Below, piece after piece: positions 51,795 through 62,442 of a stretch of DNA of 64,000 nt. The stretch's first letter is position 1. Every line of letters begins with the position of its first letter. Source of the stretch: an uncultured Bacteroidales bacterium. GTDB lineage: Bacteria > Bacteroidota > Bacteroidia > Bacteroidales > JAGOPY01. Under the pieces are notes generated by a model. The model saw only the letters and a program-made list of their open reading frames with translations. It did not search any database and was not told the DNA's origin. The position numbers and the translations under genes were made by a program. The stretch covers positions 19,166 through 83,165 of the forward strand of contig CAWGKX010000008.1 of the NCBI GenBank assembly GCA_963823285.1, given 5' to 3'.

Positions 51795-52706
51795 ATGCCA
51801 ATAACCTATAAGAATTGCCCTCTTTGTAAATCGGATAAGATATCAGCTTTTCTGAAGGCGGAAGATCACCTTTTGACCCATGAAACGTTCGATATTTTCC
51901 GGTGCCTGAACTGCAGCTTTGTCTTTACGCAGGGTGTCCCCGCAACGGATCAGATAGGACAATATTACCAGAGCCCGGATTATATTTCCCATTCTGACAC
52001 ACGCAAAGGGATGATGAACAAGATTTATCACCTGGGAAGGGCGGTCATGCTGAGAAAAAAATACAGGATGATAAGGAAGGCAGCCAAAGGAAAAATGTTG
52101 CTTGATATAGGCTGCGGAACAGGTTATTTTCCTGCTTACATGAAACAGAAAGGTTATATCGTTGCAGGCATTGAGGCAGATCCGAAAGCCAGGGCATTTG
52201 CGCAAAAAGAGTTCGGTATACCGGTACATTCGCCGGTGGAATTCATCAACTCCGGGATAGAGGGCCGGTTTGACGTGATCACCTTATGGCATGTCCTGGA
52301 GCACCTGGATAATTTCGACCTTTATGTTGATAAAATGCTGGAACACCTTTCACCCGGCGGCTTGCTGGTTATTGCCCTTCCCAACTGCAACGCTTATGAT
52401 GCACGGCATTATAAGGAATTCTGGGCAGGCTATGATGTGCCAAGGCATCTATGGCATTTTACTCCTTCGACATTACAATACCTTGCTGAGAAGCACGGAC
52501 TTGAAATAAGAACAATTAAACGCCTTATGCTGGATCCGTTTTATAATTCTTTGCTGAGCGGGAAATACAGGGGAAACAGGTTTTATATGATTTCCGGGGT
52601 TGTAATAGGAAAGCTGGCATATATTGAAAGCCTGTTCAATATTAAAAAATCAAGTTCGATAGTTTATTTTTTACTTAAAAAAGACACAAATAACAATATA
52701 ATATGA
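51795..52706 (+). CDS. Class I SAM-dependent methyltransferase with N-terminal Zn ribbon
   Basis: CPLC...CLNC, LLDIGCGTG, ITLWHVLEH, DVPRHLWHF. Confidence 0.9.
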   Translation: MPITYKNCPLCKSDKISAFLKAEDHLLTHETFDIFRCLNCSFVFTQGVPATDQIGQYYQSPDYISHSDTRKGMMNKIYHLGRAVMLRKKYRMIRKAAKGKMLLDIGCGTGYFPAYMKQKGYIVAGIEADPKARAFAQKEFGIPVHSPVEFINSGIEGRFDVITLWHVLEHLDNFDLYVDKMLEHLSPGGLLVIALPNCNAYDARHYKEFWAGYDVPRHLWHFTPSTLQYLAEKHGLEIRTIKRLMLDPFYNSLLSGKYRGNRFYMISGVVIGKLAYIESLFNIKKSSSIVYFLLKKDTNNNII

Positions 52707-53239
52707 TTTCGAAAGAACGCTTAATTGTCTTTTTAATTGGAACTATTTTGATAATTCTCTTTTCCTGGTTTGTGTCCATACGGGAAAGACGCTACCACGG
52801 CATACCGCGCTTCTTCGCTTTTGAAGGGCTCATGTTGCTGGCCATTCTGCAATGGCATGACTGGTTCAGGGATCCGTTTTCAATCCAGCAAATCTTTTCC
52901 TGGCTGCTGTTACTTATTTCAATATATTATGTTTATACGGCGGTTTCCCTGTACTTTCGCCATGCCGCTCCGGGCAGGAACTTCGAGAATTCCACCAGGC
53001 TGGTCACGACCGGCCTTTACCATTATGTCCGCCACCCGATGTACGGATCGCTCCTGATCCTGGGGTGGGGAATGTTCCTGAAATCATTAACCTGGCAGAG
53101 CATAGTTCTGATCCTGGTCATCACGATCGCTTTATATCTCACCTGTAAAATTGAAGAAAGGGAAATGCTGAAGAGGTTCGGGGAGGAGTACAGGGAATAT
53201 ATGAGGAGGACGAAAATGTGGGTGCCGTGGGTGGTTTGA
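52703..53239 (+). CDS. ICMT/PEMT-family membrane methyltransferase
   Basis: LVTTGLYHYVRHPMY, EE..L..RFGEEY.EY. Confidence 0.85.
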   Translation: MISKERLIVFLIGTILIILFSWFVSIRERRYHGIPRFFAFEGLMLLAILQWHDWFRDPFSIQQIFSWLLLLISIYYVYTAVSLYFRHAAPGRNFENSTRLVTTGLYHYVRHPMYGSLLILGWGMFLKSLTWQSIVLILVITIALYLTCKIEEREMLKRFGEEYREYMRRTKMWVPWVV

Positions 53240-53240
53240 G

Positions 53241-53364
53241 GACGGGAAGACTGTAAGACTGTAAGACTGTAAGACTGTAGGACTGTAGGACTGTAGGAAT
53301 ATTGGATATGAGGCGGTGAGGATGGCGGAGTACTTGCTCCGGAGGAGCCTGATATTTGTAGAAA
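53241..53364 (+). repeat. (GACTGTAR)x6 plus REP-like GGTGAGGAT...CTCCGGAGGAGC...ATTTGTAGAAA unit
   Basis: Same composite unit as 33844-33999. Confidence 0.8.
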
Positions 53365-53491
53365 GGCAGGCGATAAATACCGATTTTCCCCTCCCGTGAT
53401 AATGTCAGTTTTTTTCAGATGAAAATGGCTTGGGAGGGGACCAAGGGGAGGGTAAGCAGGGAAATTTATTATTAATCTTAATTATTTTATA

Positions 53492-54866
53492 ATGATTTAT
53501 GAATTTAAATTGAGGCAATTATCATTCTGGTGGTTTACGGGATGCCTTATAATTTTATCCGGTTGTGGACCAGTGGCTGATAAAGCGAAACAGGCCGATC
53601 GGCAGATGGCGGAAAAGATCAAAGCCGAGTTCGTCCGTTCCTGGAACGGATATAAAACTTATGCCTGGCCGCACGATGTGCTCCTGCCCGTCTCAAAAGG
53701 TCATATGGACTGGTATGAGCAATCGCTGCACATCTCACCTATCGATGCTTACAGCACCATGAAAGTGATGGGCCTCGACAGGGAGGCTGAAGAAGTTCAG
53801 CGCTATGTGGTAGATAGCATTGATTTCAGTAAAGACATTTTCGTGAAGACCTTCGAAGTCAACATCCGTATTCTTGGCGGCCTGCTTGCCATGTATCAAT
53901 TCACGGGTGATGATAAGGTGCTGGCAAAGGCGGAAGATTTCGGCAGGCGGCTGCTTCCCAGCCTATAATTCTTCCACCGGCATTCCTTATTACTGGGTAA
54001 ACCTGAAAACGGGCGAAGTTAAAGGGGAAACCGTAAATATGGCCGAAGGCGGGTCATCCCTGATCGAAATGGGAATGCTGAGCAGGTTTACTGGAAATCC
54101 CCTGTATTATGAAAAAGCAAAACAAGCCAGTATGGCGATCTTCTGCATGCGATCGCACATTGGGCTGGTCGGGGAAAGCATCAACATTAATAGCGGCCGG
54201 TGGACCGACAGCACGAGCCATATCGGGGCCTGCATCGACAGTTATTACGAATATCTTTATAAAGGCTGGCTGCTTTTCAACGACAAGGATCTTAAAAACA
54301 TGTGGGATGAAAGCATCGTCAGTATCCAAAAGTATTTGACCGACGAGGTGGATTCATCTTTATGGTACTGCCGCGTCAACATGAATACAGGCAAAAGGAT
54401 CAGCCGGGTGGTAACCCTTTATGATGCATTTTTCCCGGGCGTGCTGGCTTTATCCGGCGACCTTGACCATGCCGCCCGGTACCAGGATTCGTGGAACAGC
54501 CTCTGGAAGAAATACGGCCTGGAGCCCATGGTTTACGATTACGGAAAAAAGGAGATCCTGGACGCATCTTACGACCTGAATCCGGAGATCATCGAATCGG
54601 CCTATTATCTTTATTATTTCACCGGCGATAAAAAATACAAGGAGCGGGCAGCTCAATATTTCAATGACCTGATGGACTATTGCCGGACCGACGTGGCTTT
54701 CACCTGCATCAAAGACGTGACTACCAAAGAGAAGAAAGACCATATGGAAACCTTTTTCCTGGCGGAGACCCTGAAATATTTATATCTCGTTTTCGCGGAC
54801 CAGGATGAAATCAACCCTGATAAGAGCGTTTTCAGCACGGAGGCCCATCCGTTCAGGAAAAACTGA
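53492..54866 (+). CDS. GH47 alpha-1,2-mannosidase lipoprotein (frameshift ~53960)
   Basis: Lipobox LSGC, FEVNIRILGGLL, DSYYEYL, PEIIES, ETFFLAETLKYLYL, STEAHP. Confidence 0.9.
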
Positions 54867-54878
54867 TAGAACCTGACA

Positions 54879-54921
54879 GGGTTTCCAACCCCCGGGTTTC
54901 CAACCCCCGGGTTTCCAACCC
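54879..54921. repeat. 15-mer tandem repeat GGGTTTCCAACCCCC, about 3 copies
   Basis: Read directly. Confidence 0.85.
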
Positions 54922-55015
54922 ATTTTTTTCTTGTTTTTGACCTTTCATTCCGTTATTTTTACAAAGTAATTTCCAGAAAAATTACAAATTTGATAATTAA
55001 CTAAAAATCAATACT

Positions 55016-56071
55016 ATGAAAAAGGTAATTTTTATGATCGGCATAATAGCCGTAATCATGTGGGGATGCACACAATCCCCGCAAAAAAGCACGACAAAAG
55101 CTACCGGAAGCAACGCCCAGTTTGCGGGGCTAATCGAAAAGGCAAAAGCTGCCTTCAATCCTTTGCCAACCAGTGTAGATAACCCTGACAACCCGGTTAC
55201 TGCAGAAAAGGTTTTGCTTGGTCAAACCCTTTATTTCGATAACAGGTTGTCAAAAAACGGGAATATCAGTTGCAACTCGTGTCATAACCTGAACACCTAT
55301 GGTGTTGACAATGAGCCGACTTCCACCGGTGACGGGGGGCTTAAGGGCGGCCGTAACTCACCGACCGTATTGAACGCCGCTTTCCATTTTGCGCAGTTCT
55401 GGGATGGCCGTGCAAAAGACGTTGAAGAGCAGGCCGGTGGCCCGATCATGAATCCGATCGAAATGTCCATGCCCGACCAGAATTTTGTTCTCAAGCGGAT
55501 TGAAGGAATCAAAGGCTATAAGGCGATGTTTGACGCTGCATTCCCCGGTGAAAAGCAACCGATCAATTACGGAAACATCCAGAAATCCATTGGTGCCTTC
55601 GAAAGGAAGTTGATCACGCCTTCCCGCTTTGACGAATACCTTGCAGGAAATGAAAATGCCCTGAATGAACAGGAAAAGCAAGGGCTTCTGACGTTTATCA
55701 ACACCGGATGCACTGCCTGCCATTCCGGCGCCAGTATCGGCGGCAATATGTACCAGAAATTCGGGATAACCGGTAATTACTGGGATCTGACCAGGAGCAC
55801 CAAGGTGGATGAAGGCCGTTTCCAGGTAACCAAGAATGAATCTGATAAATACTTTTTTAAGGTCCCGGGTCTTAGAAATGTCGAAAAGACTTATCCATAT
55901 TTCCACGACGGAAGCATAAACAGCCTTGATGAAGCTGTCAGGATCATGGCTAAGCTGCAGTTAGGCAAGGACCTTACACCGCAGGAAATCCAGGATATTG
56001 TGACTTTCATGAAAACCCTGAACGGGACCGTTCCGGAACAATATGCCAAAAAACCTGCAATGCCTGTTTAA
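55016..56071 (+). CDS. Di-heme cytochrome c peroxidase (lipoprotein)
   Basis: CNSCH and CTACH heme motifs, RNSPTV, QFWDGRA, PYFHDGS. Confidence 0.92.
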   Translation: MKKVIFMIGIIAVIMWGCTQSPQKSTTKATGSNAQFAGLIEKAKAAFNPLPTSVDNPDNPVTAEKVLLGQTLYFDNRLSKNGNISCNSCHNLNTYGVDNEPTSTGDGGLKGGRNSPTVLNAAFHFAQFWDGRAKDVEEQAGGPIMNPIEMSMPDQNFVLKRIEGIKGYKAMFDAAFPGEKQPINYGNIQKSIGAFERKLITPSRFDEYLAGNENALNEQEKQGLLTFINTGCTACHSGASIGGNMYQKFGITGNYWDLTRSTKVDEGRFQVTKNESDKYFFKVPGLRNVEKTYPYFHDGSINSLDEAVRIMAKLQLGKDLTPQEIQDIVTFMKTLNGTVPEQYAKKPAMPV

Positions 56072-56078
56072 TTTAAAA

Positions 56079-56230
56079 GAGGCTGTCTCAAAAGTCCTTC
56101 GTGGAACTTCGTGCAGCCTTCGTGGAACTTCGTGTAATTAATAAGTATTTTGTTACACAGAGGTCCACGAAGAAGACACGAAGAAACACGAAGTCAATTT
56201 GAACAAATTAATACCTTTTGAGACGGCCTC
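56079..56230. repeat. MITE/REP-like 152-bp element with 16-bp terminal inverted repeats
   Basis: GAGGCTGTCTCAAAAG ... CTTTTGAGACGGCCTC (15/16); internal CTTCGTG x4 vs CACGAAG x3. Confidence 0.75.
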
Positions 56231-56244
56231 GTTAGTTCCTCTTA

Positions 56245-58618
56245 ATGCTCAGACACTTCTTTATAACAGGTCTTCGGAATTTTTGGCGTAACAAGTCATC
56301 AACCATTTTTAATATCCTGGGACTGGCTATCGGTATGGCCACTACCCTTCTGATCCTGGAGTATATCTTCAATGAACTGAGCTATGACCGTTTCCATAAA
56401 AACAAGAACGACATTTACAGGGTCATTATTAACCAGGAAAAAGAAGGCGTTTTCAGCCCGACAGCTTACCTCACAGCTGCTGTAGCACCCTCCATGGCTG
56501 AAGATTTTCCGGAAGTCGGACATTTTGTAAGATTTTCCAATCCCACCGGTGGATTCCTGTCTTTCGGGGATAAAAATTTCCAGGTAGAAAGTCTCACTTA
56601 TGCAGACTCTTCCCTGTTTGATATCTTTTCCTTTACATTGATCCGGGGCATTCCTGAAAAAGCGCTGGCACAGCCTTACCAGGTAGTGCTGTCGGAAAGT
56701 ACGGCAAGGAATATCTTTGGTAACAGTGACCCTATTGGAAGTGTGGTCAGGCTGAATGGAAAGGATAACCTGGTCGTAACAGGCGTCATTGCTGATTTTC
56801 CCGGCAACTCCCACCTGAAATTCGATGCACTGGTCTCTTTTTCCACCCTCTACCTTAATCCCGATTATTACCTGGACTGGAACGGAGGCAATAATTATTT
56901 TTCTTATGTCAAACTTGTCAGGGGGGCTGATATTGAAAAACTGAAGGCAAAGTTCCCCGCCTTTATGGAGAAAAATATCAATTATATGTACCGGCCAGTT
57001 TGGTATCACCCTTCACCTTGAACTTCAACCTCTTGTGAGGATACATCTTTTCTCCAAAAAAGATTTCGGAATTGATGAAGAAGGAGATCTGCAAAGCCTT
57101 TATATCTTTTCGAGCATCGCCATCTTCATCCTGTTAATCGCCTGCATCAACTTCATGAACCTCACAACGGCACGTTCGCTAAGCCGTGCCAGGGAAATCG
57201 GCCTGCGGAAAGTCTCGGGAGCGACACGCAGGAACATCATACTCCAGTTCCTCTTCGAAACCCTGCTGATCAGCTTCCTTGCCTTCCTGGTCTCAATCCT
57301 GCTGGCTGATATATTCCAGGGCAAGTTCGATCAGCTTATGGGCAAAGATCTTTCCATTTTTGGACCGGTAGCATGGAAAATGCTCGGCGGCATGACCCTG
57401 CTGATCCTGCTGACCAGCCTGGCAGCAGGGAGTTACCCGGCATGGTTCATGTCGCGGTTTCCGCCTTTGTTCAGCATAAAAGGAACGGTGGTCTCCGGCA
57501 AGGGAAAGTCAGTGCTGCGCAATGTCCTCGTCGTATTCCAGTTCCTGATCTCCATCGTCCTGATAATTATCACGCTGGTGATCTTTAAACAGATGAATTT
57601 CATCAACTCAAGACCATTGGGATTTGACAGGGAAAACGTCGTGGTAATCCCGATGGTGAGCGAAAAGGCCATGAATAATTACAAAACTGTCAAGGATGCA
57701 TTCAGCCGTATCCCCCAGGTGACGGGCGCCGGCGCATCATCGGAGATCCCGGGTTACGGCTTTACGATGAATGGCTATTTCCCCGAAGGATTTAAGGAAC
57801 CGCTAATGATCAATGTCCTTGACATCGATGCAGATTATTTGAATGTGATGGGTATCCCTGTTATCCAGGGCCGGGGCTTTGATCCCACATCTAATTCGGA
57901 CAGTTCGTCTTTTCTGATCAACGAAACGCTGGCCAAACAGTTGAATTGGGAGAACCCAACCGGAAAGGCCATCTACAGGGATGGAAAACACAAAGTGATC
58001 GGGGTGATAAGCGATTTTCATTTCGCCAGTCTTCATCAATCCATCCAGCCGCTCATCATAACCAAACAACCCTGGCTCGGGTACAATTATTTATCTGTCA
58101 GGATACTGCCGGAAAACCAGGAACAAACCATTAAAAAGATGGAAGCAGCCTGGCTGGCGGTCAATCCTGACGAGCCATTCAATTTTTTCTTTCAGAAAGA
58201 TTACATTAAAGGTGTTTATACCGGTGTCCGCAATACCGGCGAAGCAATTTTGTGGTTTTCCCTGCTGGCTATTTTCATCGCCGGCCTGGGGTTGCTGGGG
58301 CTTGCCAATTTTACTTTCAACCAGCGGAAAAAAGAAATCGGGATAAGGAAAGTGCTTGGCGCCGAATCAGGGAATATCGCCAGGAAGGTAACCTTCGATT
58401 TTCTCAGGCTGGTGCTGATCGCAAGCTGCATTGCCCTTCCGGTGGCCTGGTGGATCAAGGATATGTGGATGGAAAATTTCGCCTACAGGGCTTATATAAG
58501 TTTCTGGATATTTCTCGTTCCTGTGATTATTGTTACTATTTTAGCCTGGCTGACGATTTATTTCCAGGTCAGGAAGCTCGCAAATACTAACCCGGTTGAT
58601 GTTTTAAAGTTTGAATAA
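56245..58618 (+). CDS. Large FtsX/MacB-type ABC permease (frameshift ~57000)
   Basis: NILGLAIG, ELSYDRFH, ACINFMNLTTARS, KEIGIRKVLGA, NPVDVLKFE. Confidence 0.9.
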
Positions 58619-58624
58619 TCCTAA

Positions 58625-60466
58625 ATGAACGCTGCACCGCTGATCATAGGCGCCATAGCCATCTTTGTGCTGGCTTACAGGCTTTACTACAGTTTTATCA
58701 TGGCCAGGGTCCTGACCATCAATGACCTCAGGGCCACACCAGCATATCGCCTGTCCGACGGACAGAATTACGTCCCGATGAGCAAATGGGTCCTGTTCGG
58801 CCATCATTTTGCTGCTATTGCCGGTGCAGGACCGCTGGTTGGTCCGGTGCTGGCTGCCCAGTTCGGCTATTTCCCCGGTTTTCTCTGGATGGTTATCGGT
58901 TCGGTGATGGCCGGCGCCGTGCATGACCTGGTCATTCTCTCCGCTTCGGTGCAACATGATGGCAAATCCCTTGCAGAGATCGCGCGGGCCGAGATCAGCA
59001 GAATCAGCGGAGCCGTTGCTTCCCTCGCTATACTGATCATTCTGATCGTTGCCCTGGCCGGGATGGGGATTGTTGTTGTCAATGCCCTGGCGGAAAGTTC
59101 CTGGGGGACATTTACAATTGCAATGACAATACCAATAGCAATATTCATGGGATTCTGGATGTTCCGTTTCCGGAAAGGCAAAACCGCAGAAGCCACGGTC
59201 ATCGGCGTTATTCTTCTGTGCCTTGCCGTTATTTACGGAAAATATATCCCCGATTCCTCTGTTGCAAGCTGGTTCAAATTTGACAGGCATACCCTGACCC
59301 TCCTGATCGCCGGTTACGGGTTCCTGGCTTCGGTGCTGCCGGTCTGGGTTTTGCTGTCCCCCAGGGATTACCTCAGCTCAATCATGAAACTATCTGTCGT
59401 GGCCATGCTGGCCTTGGGAATCATCATCGTGATGCCGGAGATGAGGATGCCGGCTTTCACACCCTTTATCCATGGCGGCGGGCCGATCATTCCGGGGCCG
59501 TTGTTTCCTTATTTGTTCATCACGATTGCCTGCGGCGCCATATCCGGTTTTCATTCCATTGTCAGTTCCGGGACGACGCCCAAGATGATCATGAAAGAAT
59601 CGCATATCAAATTCATCGCGGTCGGGGCCATGCTTTCCGAAGGAGTCGTGGGTGTCCTGGCGCTCATTGCCGCCAGCAGCCTGTTCCCGCTGGATTATTT
59701 CCAGATCAATGTCCCGGTGGAGAAGTTTGCCCAGCTCCTCCCTGCCCTGCAGCAAATGGGCTTTACTGAATCGAATCTCACGACCTTATCCAAAGATGTG
59801 GGTGAAAATATTGCAGGCCGGACAGGCGGCGCGGTTTCACTGGCTGTCGGAATGGCGCAGATATTCTCTTCCATTCCCGGGCTGGAAAAGCTGTTATCGT
59901 ATTGGTATCACTTTGCCATCATGTTCGAGGCCCTGTTCATCCTGACGATAATCGATGCAGGGACGAGGATTGCGAGATTTGTTGTGCAGGAAGCGCTTGG
60001 TAAGGTTTACAAACCCTTCGGGGTGACCAACTGGCTTCCGGGAAATCTTATAACCAGCTTTTTTGTTGTCCTTGCCTGGGCTTATTTTGTTTACACCGGC
60101 AGCGTCAGCACCATCTGGCCCATGTTCGGCACGGCCAACCAGTTGCTTGGTACCATTGCTCTCGCTATCGGAACTTCCTATATCATTAACCACGGCAAAA
60201 TTAAATACGCCTGGATCACGATCATTCCCATGACTTTCGTCGGTATTACCACCATGACTGCCGGTTTCATGAACATCAGGAATATTTTTCTGCCTCTGGT
60301 CATGGATGCATCGACAAGGATGCAAGGACTGATTAATTTGGTGCTTACCTTGATTATCATGGCATCGCTGGTAATAATTCTGGTCGATGCGGTGCCACGC
60401 TGGCTCAGGGCGGCAGGCGGTCGGCGGTCGGCGGTCGGCGGCGGAACTCCGACTTCCCCGGGATAA
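58625..60466 (+). CDS. cstA: Carbon starvation protein A family transporter
   Basis: [45 protein letters not shown]. Confidence 0.92.
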   Translation: MNAAPLIIGAIAIFVLAYRLYYSFIMARVLTINDLRATPAYRLSDGQNYVPMSKWVLFGHHFAAIAGAGPLVGPVLAAQFGYFPGFLWMVIGSVMAGAVHDLVILSASVQHDGKSLAEIARAEISRISGAVASLAILIILIVALAGMGIVVVNALAESSWGTFTIAMTIPIAIFMGFWMFRFRKGKTAEATVIGVILLCLAVIYGKYIPDSSVASWFKFDRHTLTLLIAGYGFLASVLPVWVLLSPRDYLSSIMKLSVVAMLALGIIIVMPEMRMPAFTPFIHGGGPIIPGPLFPYLFITIACGAISGFHSIVSSGTTPKMIMKESHIKFIAVGAMLSEGVVGVLALIAASSLFPLDYFQINVPVEKFAQLLPALQQMGFTESNLTTLSKDVGENIAGRTGGAVSLAVGMAQIFSSIPGLEKLLSYWYHFAIMFEALFILTIIDAGTRIARFVVQEALGKVYKPFGVTNWLPGNLITSFFVVLAWAYFVYTGSVSTIWPMFGTANQLLGTIALAIGTSYIINHGKIKYAWITIIPMTFVGITTMTAGFMNIRNIFLPLVMDASTRMQGLINLVLTLIIMASLVIILVDAVPRWLRAAGGRRSAVGGGTPTSPG

Positions 60467-60659
60467 ATTCCGCGACGTCCCGGTTTAATCTGGATTGGCA
60501 GAGATCTTGCCCATACTACCTGCAGAGAGACTTGACCGATATTCTGACTATTGAGGCAGTTTTCATCAATTTAAAAACTTCAGGCAAAAATGAAATTTTC
60601 CGGATTCGGAACGGGTATTTTTTCCGATTTTCCGGATTAAGCTATGTGGAAGGGTATTA

Positions 60660-61234
60660 TTAACCACATAGAAACATAGGACACATAGATTCACATAGGA
60701 TTAAAGCATGAAATATCTTCTATGTGTTTCTATGTGTTCTATGTGGTGAAAAATAAACAAATAGAAAAATAGGTTATGACTCAGAAATATCTGGATGGCC
60801 TGACTTATCAGGTCATTGGCGCAGCCATTGAAGTTCATAAAGAACTGGGGCCTGGATTGTTGGAAAGCGTTTATGAAAAATGCATGGTTCATCTTTTGAA
60901 AGAAAGGGGGCTTAAAGTTTCTTTCCAGCAGAGGGTGCCAGTAATTTTTCATAGTGTTTATCTAGAATGCGACCTGAGATATGATATCATGGTTGAAGAA
61001 TCCATAATTGTCGAGATAAAGGCAGTGGATATGCTATTGCCGATTCATTTGGCGCAATTACTGACCTATCTGAAACTGACCAATAAACCCAAAGGAATAT
61101 TGTTGAATTTCAATTGTTTTAATCTATTTAAAGAAGGCCAGAAAACACTTGTAACTGAGCTCTTTTCAAAACTACCGGAATGCTAATAGTATTTTCTATG
61201 TGTTCTTATGTGTCCTATGTTTCTATGTGTTTAA
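60660..61234. mobile_element. GxxExxY gene bracketed by ~41-bp inverted CACATAG/CTATGTG repeats
   Basis: 60660-60700 is the near-perfect reverse complement of 61194-61234; an extra CTATGTG arm lies at ~60718-60750. Confidence 0.65.
60776..61186 (+). CDS. GxxExxY protein (PD-(D/E)XK-like)
   Basis: LGPGLLESVYE, RYDIMVE, VEIKAV, AQLLTYL, GILLNF. Confidence 0.92.
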   Translation: MTQKYLDGLTYQVIGAAIEVHKELGPGLLESVYEKCMVHLLKERGLKVSFQQRVPVIFHSVYLECDLRYDIMVEESIIVEIKAVDMLLPIHLAQLLTYLKLTNKPKGILLNFNCFNLFKEGQKTLVTELFSKLPEC

Positions 61235-61243
61235 TTTTCACCC

Positions 61244-61555
61244 TACAGGAATTTTGATCCTCAGAAGCTGACCGATGAGCAGATCAGGGAATACCTGTTA
61301 TACCTGATTGAGCATCGCGACATATCGCTGTCTTACCAGAATCAATCGATCAATGCCATCAAGTTTTACTACGAGCAGGTATTGGGGCGGCCGGTGCGGA
61401 CGTATTACATCCAGCGGCCGAAGCGGGGGACGGATATCAGGTATATACAGACTTTGTTGGGGCACGCAAGTTCAAGGACAACAGAGATTTACACTCATAT
61501 CACGCAAAAAGGCCTTGGGAAGATCAAGAGCCCGCTGGATAATTTGGACATATAA
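61244..61555 (+). pseudogene. Integron-integrase-like tyrosine recombinase, 5'-truncated and internally deleted in frame (locus C)
   Basis: YRNFDPQKLTDEQIREYLLYLIEHRDISLSYQNQSINAIKFYYEQVLGRPVRTYYIQRPKR|GTDIRYIQTLLGHASSRTTEIYTHITQKGLGKIKSPLDNLDI*; SAM-like domain fused to box II; no start codon; R and HxxR core missing. Confidence 0.85.
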
Positions 61556-61586
61556 TTTTTCATGATAAAGGTAAATAATATTAAAA

Positions 61587-61612
61587 TAGTATATACTTTT
61601 GTAATATACTAA
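61587..61612 (+). promoter_or_regulatory. TA promoter/operator: TAGTATAT...ATATACTA inverted repeat overlapping a TACTTTTG box
   Basis: Read directly, immediately upstream of the antitoxin. Confidence 0.55.
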
Positions 61613-61621
61613 AAATCTATT

Positions 61622-61861
61622 ATGAAAACACTTTCCCTTAAATTAGATGACAATATATTCCAGGAGACCGAGCAGGTGACCGGTTACCTTAAAAAATCCA
61701 GGAACCGTTATATTAATGAGGCATTGGAATATTACAACAAAATACAGCGGCGGAAAATGCTTTCAGCACAATTGGAAAGGGAATCTAAGCTTGTTGCCGG
61801 AGAATCCTTGGATGTATTGAATGAATTTGAACAATTGGAAGATGAAACCGAAGCAATTTGA
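61622..61861 (+). CDS. Ribbon-helix-helix antitoxin (putative)
   Basis: MKTLSLKLDD...SRNRYINEAL; overlaps the toxin start. Confidence 0.75.
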   Translation: MKTLSLKLDDNIFQETEQVTGYLKKSRNRYINEALEYYNKIQRRKMLSAQLERESKLVAGESLDVLNEFEQLEDETEAI

Positions 61862-62186
61862 AATATGGATTGCGGATCTGAATCCGCGGATTGGAACTGA
61901 GCCGGGAAAGGTGCGGCCTGTCGTTATTGTGCAGACCGATTTGCTGAACAAACATCATCCATCGACAGTAATTTGTCCATTAACGACGAAGGTTCAGCCG
62001 GGTAGCGAGATATTGCGGGTACATTTAGCTAAGGGCGTCTGCGGACTGGATGAAGGCTGTGATGTTATGATCGACCAGGTAAGGGCGATTGACAATGCGA
62101 GGCTGGTAAATAAAGTGGGAAAGTTGCCGCTTAAAGCAGTTAATAAAATAAAATTCAATTTAGGCGTCATATTTGACCTGGAATGA
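61842..62186 (+). CDS. PemK/MazF-family toxin
   Basis: EIWIADLNP..GTEPGKVRPVVIVQ, ICPLTT, DQVRAID..RL. Confidence 0.92.
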   Translation: MKPKQFEIWIADLNPRIGTEPGKVRPVVIVQTDLLNKHHPSTVICPLTTKVQPGSEILRVHLAKGVCGLDEGCDVMIDQVRAIDNARLVNKVGKLPLKAVNKIKFNLGVIFDLE

Positions 62187-62442
62187 TGTATATTTATGCA
62201 ACCAAACGATTGACCTGACCTAATAGAATCGAACATGGCAAAGCTGGCTTTTCTAATTGCATTTACAGGTAAAAAAATGACAACTAATCCCAATGTTGTT
62301 GCAAAACCGATTTATTATTGCAACAACAATGTGTTAACCCATCATTTTTTGTCAGCTAACAGCAATAAAACCATCCTGATAAGTCAAACATAACATCAAT
62401 GTGTTTGCACAAACGTTATAGGCTATTAATTATTGAAGTCAT

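Noticed and set aside
33844..56230. Repeat arrays as CRISPR
   Set aside because: Units are 7-15 nt in tandem with no unique spacers, and no cas genes are present.
17398..58618. Mass pseudogenisation or programmed frameshifting (FG-GAP, GDSL, FadL, RsbW, Mrr, MacA, lyase, GH47, permease)
   Set aside because: The breaks look like single-base shifts, several at homopolymers, in otherwise well-conserved genes. Long-read assembly error is the simpler explanation; raw reads are needed.
700..60360. Many antisense or nested ORFs (e.g. 13478-14476, 44026-44814, 58604-59290)
   Set aside because: Shadows of well-supported genes with no recognisable motifs.
61308..61565. 85-aa ORF in the ORF track
   Set aside because: Wrong frame; the integrase remnant in the overlapping frame explains the sequence.
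61556..62414. RHH-MazF pair as an att-bounded cassette
   Set aside because: No GTT core upstream and only a weak CAGCTAAC...GTT pairing downstream.
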